Shown: positions 12,441-26,195 of the stretch, one piece after another
Layout of the letters: each line of letters begins with the position of its first letter
How positions within the stretch are numbered: position 1 is the first letter of the stretch
Assembly (NCBI RefSeq): GCF_001194135.2
Contig: NC_068982.1
Location: 33,475,085-33,539,084, forward strand
DNA from: Octopus bimaculoides
Taxonomy: Eukaryota
Reading direction: 5' to 3'
Length of the DNA stretch: 64,000 bases
Made by a program: the position numbers and the translations under genes
Notes under the pieces: model-generated
Seen by the model: only the letters and a program-made list of their open reading frames with translations
Database searches by the model: none
Told to the model about the DNA's origin: nothing

Positions 12441-12517
12441 TTGTCCTAGGCCTAAACCATGGTTTCGCAACTTCTGGATGTGACGGCTGATACTGCGAAC
12501 AGCCTCTATACTCTCCG
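12441..12517 (-). CDS. Probable internal exon (77 nt) of an unidentified minus-strand gene
   Basis: Acceptor cttactgtattttcag, donor gtaagt, about 51% GC and CpG-rich against an AT-rich background. Two open frames: ESIEAVRSISRHIQKLRNHGLGLGQ (phase 1 to 0) or GEYRGCSQYQPSHPEVAKPWFRPRT (phase 2 to 1). Confidence 0.6.
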
Positions 12518-13298
12518 CTGAAAATACAGTAAGAAAACAGAAAAAGTCATGAAATATCAAATGACCAGATCCAAGTAATGTAACAATTTAAAAAAAAAAA
12601 GGCAAATATAATTCCATAACTTTTATAGTATTTTCCAAAAAATAAAAAAACAATTTCATTTTTGTATTATATTCCAGGATGATCATTGTTTTCTTTTTAC
12701 CAAATAAATACACACAGTATATTCGCTCTTCACTTCATCTTTATTATTGTTCTTATTTTAGTGTCCTTTGTCTGGAAATCTTTCGCCACACATCCTGTAA
12801 CCTCTCCAGCGACTCTCCATCTCACATGTCTCTTTCTGTTCTGTTTAGTTTATTTTGTCAATAATAAAGCTGAAGTGAAGAACGAATATATAGTGCATAT
12901 ATTTATTTGGCAAAAAAAGCAAAAAAAAACAAAATGACCATCTCAAAATAGAACAATATCTGTTTTAACACACAATTAGGAATCTTGCAAAACAAATACA
13001 TAAATGTAATTTCATTTTTATTTTTCTAGATGTGAAGTTAGTTGTCATAAAATTATACAAAATAAAAAAATTACAATGGTATATTCATACATCATTCTAT
13101 TTGGAGTAAAGGAGTCATCAACTAGATCAAAGAAATTATAGGAAATACATACAATTGATTTAGAAGTCCTTTTAGCATTTATATGATATATAAAATGTTT
13201 ATTTTTTTAAAATTTTGTCACAAATTTACTTTGAGACATTTTAAAACATTAACTTTTGTTTTGTGTGTAACTATATACATCTATCTATCTATCTATCA

Positions 13299-13334
<36 letters not shown>

Positions 13335-13336
<2 letters not shown>

Positions 13337-13750
13337 GACATGGGATGAAGTACTGAAGAATGACCTCAGGACGTTGAACCTTTCAGACGAGATGACAAAA
13401 GACCAGGATGCCTGGTGCCTTGTTGTGCCCAAGAAGACCCATACTCTGCAGTAGAAGTATTAAGACCTCTGGTGGTGTAAAGCACTTATGGTGGTGTGAC
13501 ATAAAAGCACCCATGCAATGCCACATAAAAGCACCAATGTGGGGCCACATAAAGGCACTCATGCAGTGCTATGTTAAAGCACCCAGCACCCTGTCAAGTG
13601 GTTGACATTAGGAAGGGCATCCAGCCATAGAAACCACGGCAAATCAGACCAAAGTCTGGTGCAGCTCCACAGTGTGCCACTGTCCGTGCTGGTCAAACCA
13701 TCAAACCCATGCCACATTGGACAAGTGACATTAAATGATGATGATGACAT
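13335..13750 (+). mobile_element. RTE LINE 3' end (ORF end + 3' UTR)
   Basis: KTWDEVLKNDLRTLNLSDEMTKDQDAW, repeated cacataaaagcacc units, ggaagggcatcc and a (GAT)n tail. Confidence 0.85.
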
Positions 13751-14169
13751 ATACATATAAGTTTTAAAAATTAAACAGAATTATGACAAGGAATGAATGG
13801 GAAATTCACACTCAAGACATGGGCATGCTCTTTCTTCTTCAGCTTTTTTGCCCAAAATCATTACAATTTCAAGCTTTGAATGATAATAATGTAAATTTTT
13901 GGTGACATCAACAGCAAAAAGCTGCTGGGAACATTGAGCAAACACTGATGACAGTGACAAAAACAAATACAACACAGGTATTAATGTAAATATACATTAC
14001 ATGAAAACAAAGGCCATGGGACTCTGAGACAAGATAAGATGTGTGTGTAAGCAACATAATGGAAAAAGTCCTGTAGGACTGAAAAATGTGTTTTTAGATT
14101 AATATACAAAGTGTGTGTATGTGAGTGAGAGAGAGAGAGAGAGAGAGAGATTTCATATGCATTCATGAC

Positions 14170-14540
14170 TATCAGGTTGAGAAGCTCATTTTACAATCAA
14201 ATGGTTTGGAGCTCAGTCCCAATGTGCAGCACCTTAGGCATATGTCTTCTATTATAGCCCCAGCCCTAGGCAAAACAATGCCTTATGAGTGAATTTGGTA
14301 GATTGAAACTGTGTGGAAGTCCATTATATGTGCATTTGTTCAAAGACACTGACACCACTTGACAAATGGCATTGGTTTGTTTACATTCCTCCATAAGTTA
14401 GCAGTTCAGCCAAAGTGGCTGAAAGGATAAGCATTGGACTTTAAAAATAAGTACTAGTGTCAATCAATTCAATTAAAACCCTCGAAGGCAAGTGCCCCAG
14501 CATGGCCACAGTCAAATGACTGAAACAAGAAAAAGATGAA
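14170..14540 (+). mobile_element. SINE family A
   Basis: Degenerate head, then caccttaggc, then tail gactgaaacaagaaaaagat. Confidence 0.75.
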
Positions 14541-14688
14541 AGATGTGTAGGTGTGCACATACACAGGACTACAAAAGCTGCATTCCAGCAGCTATGCTAA
14601 AAAGTCACCTTCATTTTGCAGTACATTAATAAGCAATGGCCATACTCATTATTGAGCCAGTTTCTATTGCATGTGTGTGGGGGGGGAG

Positions 14689-14737
<49 letters not shown>

Positions 14738-16489
14738 AACACACACATAGGCAGACAGACTGAAAGAATAAAAACAAAAACAAAGAAAGAAGGTTTACAA
14801 GTTAGTGTATCAGCCAAAGTTATGAACAATGATAAAAACGGTACACAAACGTTTGTATTTTAAAATCAGAATTTCATCCAAGTGTGACAGAGTGGCTAAA
14901 AATATTTATTAATACATAATGACATTGGAAAATTTCCAATAGTGCTTTCTGTATGAAGAACTTGGTTGCTAAGTGTAGATAACCATTATTTTTGGCTCAC
15001 CAATTCAAGAATGGTAGCCCACACTCAGCTATATTCTCTAGTACTACTTAGTATATTCAATCTTCATAGACATTAAACCTATATAGACATACATGCACGC
15101 GTGTGCGTGTACACAATCTTTTGTTCCTTTTCTTGTTTCACTCACTGGACTGCAGTTGTGATGAAGCTCTGCCTTGAAGTGTTTCATCAGTAACATCAAA
15201 CCCAGTACATATTTCAGTCCACTACTGGTTGTATTTTCCAGCATATAATTTTTTTTTTTTTACATGTTTCGACCCTAAGACTGTGGCCATGCTGGGGTAC
15301 CGCCACATTATAAGTTGAATTTTTCAGATCAAAGTTTACAACCCCAAAAGGTAGGTCAACTTTATAAACCAAAAATCCCATGTGAAATGCAGCAGGATTT
15401 GGAAAGACAGTGACGATGTTTGAATGTTTACCCTACATGTTACCACAATATACTTCACCAACTTATATGTTGGAAAATATGGTATTCTATCGGTTTCTTT
15501 TTATAGAATTGTTTAGTTACAAGGATATAAACAAGCACTGGTTATAAACAGTAAAAGACAAACACAAACATGCTCTACTTTCCATCAAATAAATTGACTC
15601 ACAAAGTATTTGTCAGACTCAGGATATATCTTAAGACACTAAAGAGAACTCGAAATTCTGTAGTTGCAAACCAAACTTCTTTACACAGCCATGGTGGAAA
15701 CTGTAAGAAGTCTCTGTGTGTGTGCGTGTGTGTGTGTCTGCACCCCCTTGTCTTGGCATGTGAAAGTTGAAAGCAATTGTCACCATCATACAAATGGTGC
15801 CCTTCATTTACAGTCTTCCCTGAAAATATGTCTGGCCAAGGGGAAATATTACTTTCATTTGCAAACAAGTGAGGGTTAGCAACCAAAAGAGCTTCTTGTC
15901 ATAAAAATCTGTTTCAACAAATTCATTTTAATCCAAGCAAATAAGGAAAAGTGAACATTAGAATTGATATGATGATGTTTTTAATGAATCAGGATACAAA
16001 AGCAAAATACAAAAAGAATCACTTCAAACTTGTATCCAATCAACAAATACAAAATGTCTTACACTTTAGGCAAAATATCATATCATTCCCACATCTTTAT
16101 TTCTCTCTTAAAGTTATTATCTTCCAGTGTTTCTGTCTACAGAAGTATAATATATCACTTAATAGTCAATATCATATCCTCCAGTTGTTAATAATATTCA
16201 GTGCATACTGATATATCTTACTTACTTATCATTTCCTCCATATAATTATTCTATAAACAGATGGACCATAGACATATATCATTTTTCTTCTTAGACATGT
16301 CCAAAGTTTAATTACTATCAAAGCGTACAGGAAACATTATATTCAATAGGAAATATTTTGTATTTAATAAATACTGGAAACCAATTTACAGGAGAAACTA
16401 ATGACTACATTTCACTTAGCTTGTGAAATTAATTAAAAATAGCTCTTTATACTATCTTTCAAACATTGATATAAAAATACTAAGGAAAA

Positions 16490-17210
16490 TAATAATAATT
16501 CTTTCTACTAAAGACACAAGGCCTTAAATTCTGGGGAAGGGGGTTAGTTGATTACACTGACCCCAGTGCTCAACTAGTACTTATTTCATCGACCCTGAAA
16601 GGATGAAAGGCAAAGTCAACTCGGTGGAATTTGAACTCAGAATATAAAGACAGATGAAATGCCACTAAGCACCTAGCATGCTAACAATTCTGGCAGCTCA
16701 TTACCTTAATAATAATAATATTAATAATAATCCTTTCTTTATATTGGCCACAAGGGCCGAAATTGGAAGGAGGGGGCTAGTTGATTACATCGACCCCAGT
16801 TTTTTTACTGGTACTTAATTTATCGACCCTGAAAGGATGAAAGGCAAAGTCAACCTCAGTGGAATTTGAATTCAGAATGTAGCAGCAGATGAAATGCCGC
16901 AAAGCATTTTACCCAATCTACTAACGATTCTGCCAGCTCAAGGCATTTGATAATAATAATAATAATAATAATAACAATAATAATAATGATAATTCTTTAT
17001 ACTGTAGGCACAAAGCCTGGAGCTTTGCAGGGAGGGGATTAGTTGATTACATTCAACCCAGTGCATAACTGGTTACTTAATTTATCAACCCTGAAAGGAT
17101 GAAAGGCAAAGTCTACCTTGGCAGAATTTGAACTCAGAACACAGCGGCAGACAAAATACTGCTAAGCATTTTGCCCGGCATGCAAATGATTTTGCAAGCT
17201 CACCGCCTTA
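16490..17210 (-). mobile_element. Three head-to-tail SINE family B copies separated by (AAT)n
   Basis: gaccctgaaaggatgaaaggcaaagtc...gaatttgaactcagaa recurs near 16590, 16820 and 17090. Confidence 0.9.
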
Positions 17211-17254
17211 ACACTACTACTACTACTACCAATAATAATAATAATAATAATAAA

Positions 17255-17480
17255 CATCGTCATCATCATCATTTTAACATCTACTTTTTAATGCTTGCAT
17301 GGGTCAGACAGGATTTATTTGAGGCAGACCTTCTACACCTGAATGCATTTTGTGTTGCCAATTTTCATCTGTTTCCAAGCAAGACAATATTCCTCCATAC
17401 CCTCTTGCAGAACAGTGGAATTGACACTGCTTGTATAACAGTGACACTCATTTACAACTATCACATGATATCAACACACA
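17255..17480 (-). mobile_element. Family D retroposon 3' part
   Basis: catcatcattttaacat...ctgtttccaagca...cactgcttgtat is shared with 24805-25030 and 60235-60410. Confidence 0.7.
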
Positions 17481-18307
17481 GACACAAACACACAATTCCC
17501 ACCAACCAACCCCACTCACAAGGCTTCGGTCAGCCTGGGGCTATAGAAAAAAATATTTGCCTGAGTGGGACTGAACCTGGAATTATGTGGTTGGGAAACA
17601 AACATCTTACCACACAGCCACACCTGCACCTAAGGAAAATATATATGATTTATTAATTTGCCTTGATGATAGTGCTTTAGTGTTAGTTTCCAGTGGTTCG
17701 AACTTTTGCCTCCTTCCACCTATGTGGAATGAAATGTATGAAGACCACAATTAGTCATTTTCCTTTTTCCTTTAACAGTTAAACTTTATTCAGAAATATA
17801 AATTCAAAAATATTTGTATATCTGTATGGCCGCAGTCAAATGACTGAAACAAGTAAAAGAATAAAAGAATATACAAAAAAAAAAATTATGTTAATTCAAA
17901 AAAAGTTGCTTGAATTATTGGAATACATGAATTTTTTTTTTTTTTTTTACTAATCTTTTCTTCAATGAGAATAGGTTATGCATGGCAAATTGAATGCAAT
18001 TTAATAAATGATAATATACGTGTGTTTAGTTGTAATCGTCTAAGCACTCTAACCACTAAGCTACACACCTGCACTTGTAGGTATCTCCTGGTAGTTTTGT
18101 CTCTTGCATGTGAGATATCTCTGTGGGTTTAAGTGTAGCGGGGTCAGTTGTCTGATGTTCCATGGGGTTTGCTGCTAAGAAACCAGATAGGGTTGGGCAG
18201 TCTGTTATTTTGGAACCAGTTTTCTTGGTGATTTATCCAGGGTTGAAATAGTTGCCTGGCAATGTCTGGGGGACAACGGATTAGATGTCNNNNNNNNNNN
18301 NNNNNNN

Positions 18308-18355
<48 letters not shown>

Positions 18356-18400
18356 AAGAGAGAGAGAGAGAAAGAGAAAGAGAGAAAGAAAGAGAGAGAG

Positions 18401-18456
<56 letters not shown>

Positions 18457-19983
18457 CGTGCATGCATGCATGCATGTGCACATAGCTTCATTTCACTTGC
18501 CATGTGGACAAAATGGTGATGTCATGTTCACATCCCATGTGAAAAATAGGTTCTGTACCTCTTGCGTTTTGGGCCTGTCATGACCAGTGGAATGAGAAAT
18601 TTCTTGAAAACAGGTTGGGAACAGGAAAGTCAGACAACCATAAATATTACCTTGGATAAGTCTACATCCAACAATATGGAAAAGCAGACATTGGATGAAT
18701 GAAGTATAATTTCCCAGAGAGATTGTAAATGATATCAAATAGCAAAATATTAGTTGCTGTTGTTGTTGTTGTTATTATTGCAGTAGAGTAAGGAAGGGTG
18801 TTGGCAGAATTGTGAGAGGACTGAAAACATGCTTTGTGGCATTGTAAGGAATGATGGTAATTTATGCCTTCATAAGGAATAGCAGTTACTGTTCTGTTCA
18901 TTTTGAATATATTCCTAATGATGTATGCCTAGAACAATATCATTCTGTAATATACACCAACTACAAAAGTAAATAAGTTTGACTAAATCCCTTGCTGAAA
19001 GATTTGCAGCCTACTAGAGGATTATCTATGGTTAAAGAACTGAATGACATTCCTATCTCCAAGGAAGACATAAGAATATCACAGATTTTCAGAATATCAC
19101 AGATTTTCAGAATATCACATATTTTCGTTGTTCTTTTGGCAGTGGCAGAAACAAACGCAGCAGTCACACCAGTGTGGAGTTGGTGACAGTAAATAGAAGA
19201 GCTGTTACTATTAAACAGGAGTTTCACAAAATGTATTTCATTGAGTCAAACTGATTAGCTTAAGCATGACATTCAGCAGCTGTGTATCTTACAAGTAGCA
19301 GGTTTTACCCCATTCTCTCTCTCTCTCTCTCTCTCTCTGTGAGAATATTTACACAAGAGCATGTATTTGTGAAAGAGTAGAGCAAGAAGAGAGGGTACCA
19401 GGGTTTGTGCAAGTGGGACGAAGGAGGAAAGAGAAGGGAGGGAAGGAGAAAGAGAAGGAAAGCGAACAAGGACTTAATTACAGCTCAGTCTGTGCAACCC
19501 CCCTCCTCCGTTGTACGATTTGAGTATAGATGTCAGCCATCTTGGCTGTAGTTATTCAAACTGACATTGTACACTGAACAACTGTTTCTACAAAGTGTCC
19601 ATGAACAAAGTAATGTTGTGTCTGTTGTGTTGTTGCCCTGGTATTGTCTGTAATGCATACCTCAAGTTTATTCAATTGTTTCATTCTTAGTTAATGTTTA
19701 TAAAGATACCATATTTAAACATTTCCAACCAAGTCTTACTGGAATGCCTCATCAATCAATTTACCTGAGTTACTTCACAGCTAATGTTAAATACTAAAGC
19801 ATTCATTGCATTGTAAGACATTTCATATCATGGCTGGTTAAGATGCTCAACTCCTGACTCATAGTTCACAGGCTCAAATTTTACAAATTGTTACATTGTG
19901 TCTGAATGTGATCTACAAACTTCTTTCTACTTAGCCATAAAAGGTATTTGCCCTGACATCAGTTCCACTTGTTGTTATTTTCT

Positions 19984-20202
19984 TTAACTCTTTAGCATTC
20001 AAATTTCTGTGTCAAATGTAATGCTTATTTATTCACATTGATTTGAATTTGTCATGCATTAGCTTGTAGATTTGAGATTTAAATGATGTGATTTATTCTT
20101 AAAATAATCTGTAGCATAAGTATGAGAGGCTGGATCTGGCCAGTTTGAAGATAAAACAGGTAGATTATTTTGGCTGGATTTGGCCGGTTTAAGTGCTATA
20201 AG
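19984..20202 (+). mobile_element. piggyBac-like MITE, right end degenerate
   Basis: TTAA-CTCTTTAGCATT start; body matches 21469-21675. Confidence 0.7.
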
Positions 20203-20204
20203 AC

Positions 20205-20582
20205 AGCAAGCTGGCAGAATTATCAGCAGTCAGACAAAACACTTGGCAGCATTTTATTTGTCGTTACATTCTGAGTTCAAATTTTCCGAGGTCGGCTTTG
20301 CCTTTCAATTGTTTGGGTTTTGATAAAATAAGTACCAGTTGAGCATTAGAGTCGATGTAATCAACTTACCCAGTACTCCAAAATTGCTGGCCTTGTACCA
20401 AAATTTGAAATCGCTATTTTTCTTTAAGGTTGGTGAGCAGGCAGAATCAGCAGCAGCCAGGCAAAATGCATGGGGTGGGGAGATAAAAATAAGTACCCAT
20501 TAAGCAGTGGGAGTTGATGTAATCAACAAGCTTCCTCCCTTAAAATTCCAGGCCCTGTGCCTATAGTAGAAAGGATTATTAT
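20205..20582 (+). mobile_element. Two SINE family B copies (second internally deleted)
   Basis: gcaagctggcagaatt heads; ccttgtgcctatagtagaaaggattatt tail. Confidence 0.8.
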
Positions 20583-20689
20583 TATTAACTTTTTTAAGTC
20601 TGTCATGTGCCCTAGGACTCATAAGACCGGACTTTAACCCAGTTTGGCATATAAGTGATTGAGATTACAGCATTCTTCTCTGAATGGCA

Positions 20690-21070
20690 GCTGGTCTGTT
20701 GCAGGGTTAACTTTCCAACTATTACTGGGTCTCAGAGCTGAATGGACATAAGCAATATGAAATGAAGTGTTCTGTTCAAGAATGCAAGACACTACATAGT
20801 CCAGGAATCAAAACCTCAATCAAATCATTACAAGTGCAGCAACCTAACCAATAGGCCACATGCCTTCACATTCATTTTATTTAACCATAAAATTGTATAT
20901 TTATTAGCCTCTTGCAAATATCAGACTGTTATGCAAAAGCATGTGGCCTAGTGGTTAGGTTGTTGCACATACCATCACCAGATTGTGGCTTCAATTCCTG
21001 GACCAGACAGTGTGTTGTGTTCTTCAGCAAAACCCTTCATATCACATTGCTTTAGTGTTGTATGGGGATC
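20690..21070. mobile_element. Inverted (divergent) pair of tRNA-derived SINE family E heads
   Basis: gcatgtggcctagtggttaggttg on + at about 20938; its reverse complement aacctaaccaataggccacatgcc at about 20841-20864. Confidence 0.7.
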
Positions 21071-21468
21071 AGCATGTCAAAGAATAGACCCAATGTTTCC
21101 TCTGTGTGTCATAAAAAGCAACTGAAACAGGTTGAAGCAGGATTTGCACTCTGACCTCATAAAATCCTCGCCAGAAATAACAACCCAGAAAGACCTACAG
21201 GCTGGAGGGTTGTCTCCTGAGTGGTACAAAGATGTCATCTGCCAGGAGTAGGGGCAATCATCAACGAATGGTGGATGCAGCAACGTGCTGTTTCAGCACA
21301 TGCCCCCGTACTTCTACTACTACTACTACTACTACTACTTGCAAATATAGTTGTAGAGTGTTTGAAAAAATATATTCTTATAAAAGATTTAAACAAATTC
21401 ACATGCCAAAGAGGTTTATGAAACAAGTATTTAGCTGCTAACTACAACTCAGTGTTCTGGATATATCT

Positions 21469-21675
21469 TGAACCCTTTAGCATTCAAATTACTCTGTCAA
21501 ATATAATGCTTGTTTTGAATTACACATTACCTCGTAGCTCTGGGATTCCAATGATATGATTTTTTTTAGAATGACATTGCAGGTTAGATGTGACAGGCCA
21601 GATCTGGTGAGTTTGAACACAAAACAGGTAGAATATCTTAGCCAGATACGGCTGGTTTAAATGCTAAAGGTTTAA
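21469..21675 (+). mobile_element. piggyBac-like MITE
   Basis: TGAA-CCCTTTAGCATT...AATGCTAAAGGT-TTAA: TIR with a TTAA-like target site. Confidence 0.8.
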
Positions 21676-21958
21676 AGATAGGATGCCAATATAAACCAGG
21701 AACATTCTCAGAAAAATCTGGTACCTAGCTGTTAAATGAACATAAACATGGAGAGTTAACGTCTACCAAAAGTCAAAATGCAAAAAGCTAGGTCATTCAC
21801 ATATGCAACAGTGCCTATGTATAGATACGTGCATTATAAGATATACAATAATAGAGAATTGTAAGACACACAATCTCTTGCATATGCCTCAACTAAATAA
21901 ATACTATTTTACCACAGATTAGATGTACTAATATTCATAGTTATACTTATGCAACTGG

Positions 21959-22033
<75 letters not shown>

Positions 22034-22113
22034 CACAAATAAATGTGTATATATGTGCTTGTATGTATGTGTGTGTGTTTGTTTATCGTCCACTTTCCAT
22101 GCTACACACACAC

Positions 22114-22144
<31 letters not shown>

Positions 22145-22994
22145 ATCAGAAAATGATCAGAAGCACCACAGCAGAGTAATTAAGATTTCTCCTTTATCTC
22201 AACAAATTGTCAAATATGATTAAGCATGTTCACAAGAGAGCAGATGATGCAAATCTCTATGTTTTTTCTTCCTTCAAATTCAATGTTTTGTAAACTGCTA
22301 ATGTACACAGCTTCTATTACACATGTACTTTTCCTATTATTCCATCATCACATCATCTAATCTGGACCCAACAATATGTTAATATGTAACACTAGACTAT
22401 GATGCAACAATTACTTATTTATAAGAGGAAATATATCACACTGACTCAATCTTTTGCACCAGTCCCACCTGAATGATATTATTTACTTTACTTCAAACAA
22501 TATACCCCACAACATCTATAGCAGGCATGAGCAACCTTTTTTTCAAGAAGTAGGCCACAGGAGACATAGGTCAACATTTTTATAATTAAATATTATTAGG
22601 ATTTGTATAAAAAGAAAATTAAAATATTTTGCATATTGTAGAAGTATAAGCAATTTATTGCACATAAATTTTAACAAAATCTAATAATTATCTCCAAGGG
22701 TCATATGGACACTGGTTGAGAACTACTTGTCTAGAATAAGCATTCTTGAACTGGAGCACATGTACCCCTAGGAGTACACAAGAGAAAACACAAGGTTATA
22801 GTGACGTTTAGAAGCACACTGGGATTTTGAAGTAATCACAACCAACTAAATGCATCTAAATGTCTCTTGAAAATGTATAGAGGGTCTTTCACTGTTCGAT
22901 CCACCCGTGAAAAAGAGTTATTAGCAGTATTAATAACTAAAAACAGATTCCATGCAAGACTACCAACTAAGAAGGATATTCTGACACTTTGAAT

Positions 22995-23186
22995 AATGCT
23001 TATTTATTCAGATAATTTTGAACTAATCATGCATTATCTTATAGCTTCAAAATTGCAGTGATGTAGTTATTTATTTTTTGAATGACATTGTAGGATAGGT
23101 TTGAACGGCAGGATGTAGCCAGTATGAACATAAAATGGGTAGAATATCTCAATCAGAACTGGATGGTTTAAATGCCAAAGGGTTGA
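22995..23186 (+). mobile_element. piggyBac-like MITE, left end missing
   Basis: Body match; right end aatgccaaagggttga. Confidence 0.65.
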
Positions 23187-23766
23187 ATTAATTTGTCACA
23201 TAGACACAAAACCAGAAAGTTTGGAGGAGGGAAGAATTGCTATGTCAACCCCAGTATTCAACTGGTAGTCTTATTTTATCAACCCCAAGAAGACGAATTT
23301 TTTAAATCAAATTAAATTAATAACAAATAACACATATCTATTGTTTGCTCAATGGTATTCAACCATTTTTACACTATTATTCACACAGGATACAGCAACA
23401 CTACAGAGTATGATGAATGGGTATTCTAAGAGTAAAAGTTTCAGAATTCTTGATCTGGAAGGTCTAAATATGTGTCCAAATGGAGCATTTTGTCATATTT
23501 GGAGTGGTAGAAGGCATAACTTTTCTAATTACTGACACTTGAGGCTACATTCAAAGAAAAACCCTCTGTCTGACTACTATTCTCTTCTATGATTATTATA
23601 AAGACTTCTTATTTAAAATATCTATCTAAATTCTAACCTTGGAAGTAACTCATGTTATACATTCTGGATTCACAATGTCTCTTAAAAAAAAAAAAATTGT
23701 ACAAGTATAAGGTATTCATGTAGCTAAAGAGCAAGTCTTTATATAGTCACTCAACAGACTAAAAAA

Positions 23767-23812
<46 letters not shown>

Positions 23813-24804
23813 ATCATATGGTGTCATCTTGAAATATGCATTGGTTAATGTAAATTGAGATACATTTCTAACAAAGGGACAGAATCATCATAGCAGAACA
23901 CCTTTGACAATATGTCTGCTTAATCTAGACTGTTCTTAGGGTAAATGCAAACAACAGTTTTTCATTCCATGGATAACAGCTCTTGGAAAATTTCTCTTCA
24001 CATTAAGATGACTAATCTCCAATTTTGCAAAAGCTTAAAAATTAATAAAATTTATCTACCAGTTTCCCCACTTCATTTCTGTTATACAAGAGGATTTTTC
24101 AAGCCAATGAGGTAGCCTCATACTTAAGCTGTTATGCATAGCAGCTAAATTTCCCTCAAATTGCATCCTACATTAAAAAAATAACATATTCGATTGTTAT
24201 CATAGATATACTATACATGGGTTAAAGGTGGAATGGTCATGGGTGGAATACTTTAGAGTAAAAAGTTTGATCAATCGGGAATGGTTTGAAGCAAAACAAT
24301 AACATAACAATGAACAATGACAGGAGCACTTCAGAGAGCTTTGAAAAATATTACCATATTTGGAAATAAAAATATATATATAGAAGAGAAGGAAAAAATT
24401 AAGCTAAATAAAAGATTTAAGCAATGATTTAACTTTATAATATAATACAATACCACCTCTAACAACAGTTACAAGTACTCATTCTCAATAAGTTAAATTA
24501 GAAATTATATTCAACTAATGCCCTCTTTCATATTTATTGTTCGTATGCTGTTAAAACTACAATGCTACATAAATAGAAGACATGACCAACATATGAAAAG
24601 GAGGCAGAACAAATGTTCAGAAATAGTGAAGATAAACAAAGTTCAAAGTATACATAATTGAAAAGCAATGCTATATGAAGTATTTTTTTTATTTAAAGAC
24701 AGAAAAAGGGTGGATAGAGTAATAAAAGATAAGACTTAATGTTCTATTTAACAATAAAATTGCATCACATACAAGTTAAACGTACTATACGTTTATGATT
24801 ATCA

Positions 24805-25030
24805 TAATCATCATCATTTTAACACTTACTTTTCTATGCTTGCATAGATCGGACAGAGTTTATTTGATGCAAATTTTCTACAGCTGGATGCACTTCCTGT
24901 TGCCAACACTCACCTGTTTCCAAGCAGAGTAATATTCCCCCATAGCCAGACATGCTCTTTCAGAATATTAGAAATGAATAATCACTGCTTGTATGATGGT
25001 CACAATAATTTGCAACCATTTGGTGATGTC
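24805..25030 (-). mobile_element. Family D retroposon 3' part
   Basis: Shares ctacagctggatgc with family C and ctgtttccaagcagagtaatattcccc with the other D copies. Confidence 0.7.
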
Positions 25031-25904
25031 AACACATACGCACGCTCACGTGAACATACATATATATATACAACAGGCTTCTTTCAGGTTTCATCAACCA
25101 AATCCCCACAGTCCAGGGCTATAATAGAATATTCTTGCCCAAGGTGCCATGCAGTGGGACTGAACCCAGAACCATATGGCTAGGAAGCAAACATCATACC
25201 ACAAAGACACATGTGCTTTTACTGTTAGTAACAGAGATGGGTGATGACATGGGATTAAACAGGAACAGATCCAATGTACTACCATCAGTCAATGCACTGA
25301 CAGCAAGGAGGGCTGTGAACAAATGGGCTAAAGAGTGTCAAGTGTACATACTAAATAAACAAACATCCATCACCACACATAGATGTGCTCATCTACACAG
25401 AACAGGTGCAGCAGTGTAACTGAGTTCACTTCCCAACCACATGCTTTCAAGTTCAATTTCATTTTATGCCACCTTGGGCAAGTGTTTTCTTTTATAGCTC
25501 CATATTGAACAATGCTTTGTGAGTGAATTTAGTAGACAGAAAATTAAAGAGAATCGTCGTGTGTGTGTGTGTGTGTGTGTGCGCGCACGCTCGTGTGCGC
25601 ATGCATGCACATGTGCATTTGTACTGATGTGTCAAATGGAGAATAATGTTTAGACTATGTGTTGGCCTAATGACCAGTTGCTCTGCACTTTCAATTACTT
25701 GTGCAATATAAAATCCCTTACTTGAAAAAGAAGTAAATTTTAGCAATGGGAAGAGCATCCAGCTCAAAAGTCCTGCTTCATATATGTCAATATGTAACCC
25801 AAGCTAGTATGGAAAATCATGAAATGAAAATGTGCTGTGTGAGCACAAACACACACACCTATTTATGTATACATACATGTATGCACACAAATATATATAT
25901 CATT

Positions 25905-26195
25905 GGATGTGTAATGTCAATGTGAATACCCGTCAGAGTGTAAGTATCTTGAGAGAAAAGCTGAACATTAGAAGCATCAGTTGTGGCGTGCAAGAGAGAC
26001 GATTGCGCTGGTATGGACATGTGGTGAGAATGGAGGAGGATAGCTGCGTGAAAAAGTGCCACACCCTAACAGTTGAGGGAACCCGTGGAAGAGGTAGGCC
26101 CAGGAAGACCTGGGCTGAGGTGGTGAGGCAAGACCTTCGTACATTGGGCCTCACCGAGGCGATGACTACTGACCGAGACCTTTGGAAATGTGCTG
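25905..26195 (+). mobile_element. Young 5'-truncated RTE LINE, ORF C-terminus, running into a gap
   Basis: Uninterrupted QERRLRWYGHVVRMEEDSCVKKCHTLTVEGTRGRGRPRKTWAEVVRQDLRTLGLTEAMTTDRDLW. Confidence 0.92.

Noticed and set aside
22514-22736. hAT-like MITE (cagg...gcaacc / ggttgagaactact)
   Set aside because: Ends match poorly and the 8-bp flanks differ; plausible but not supportable.
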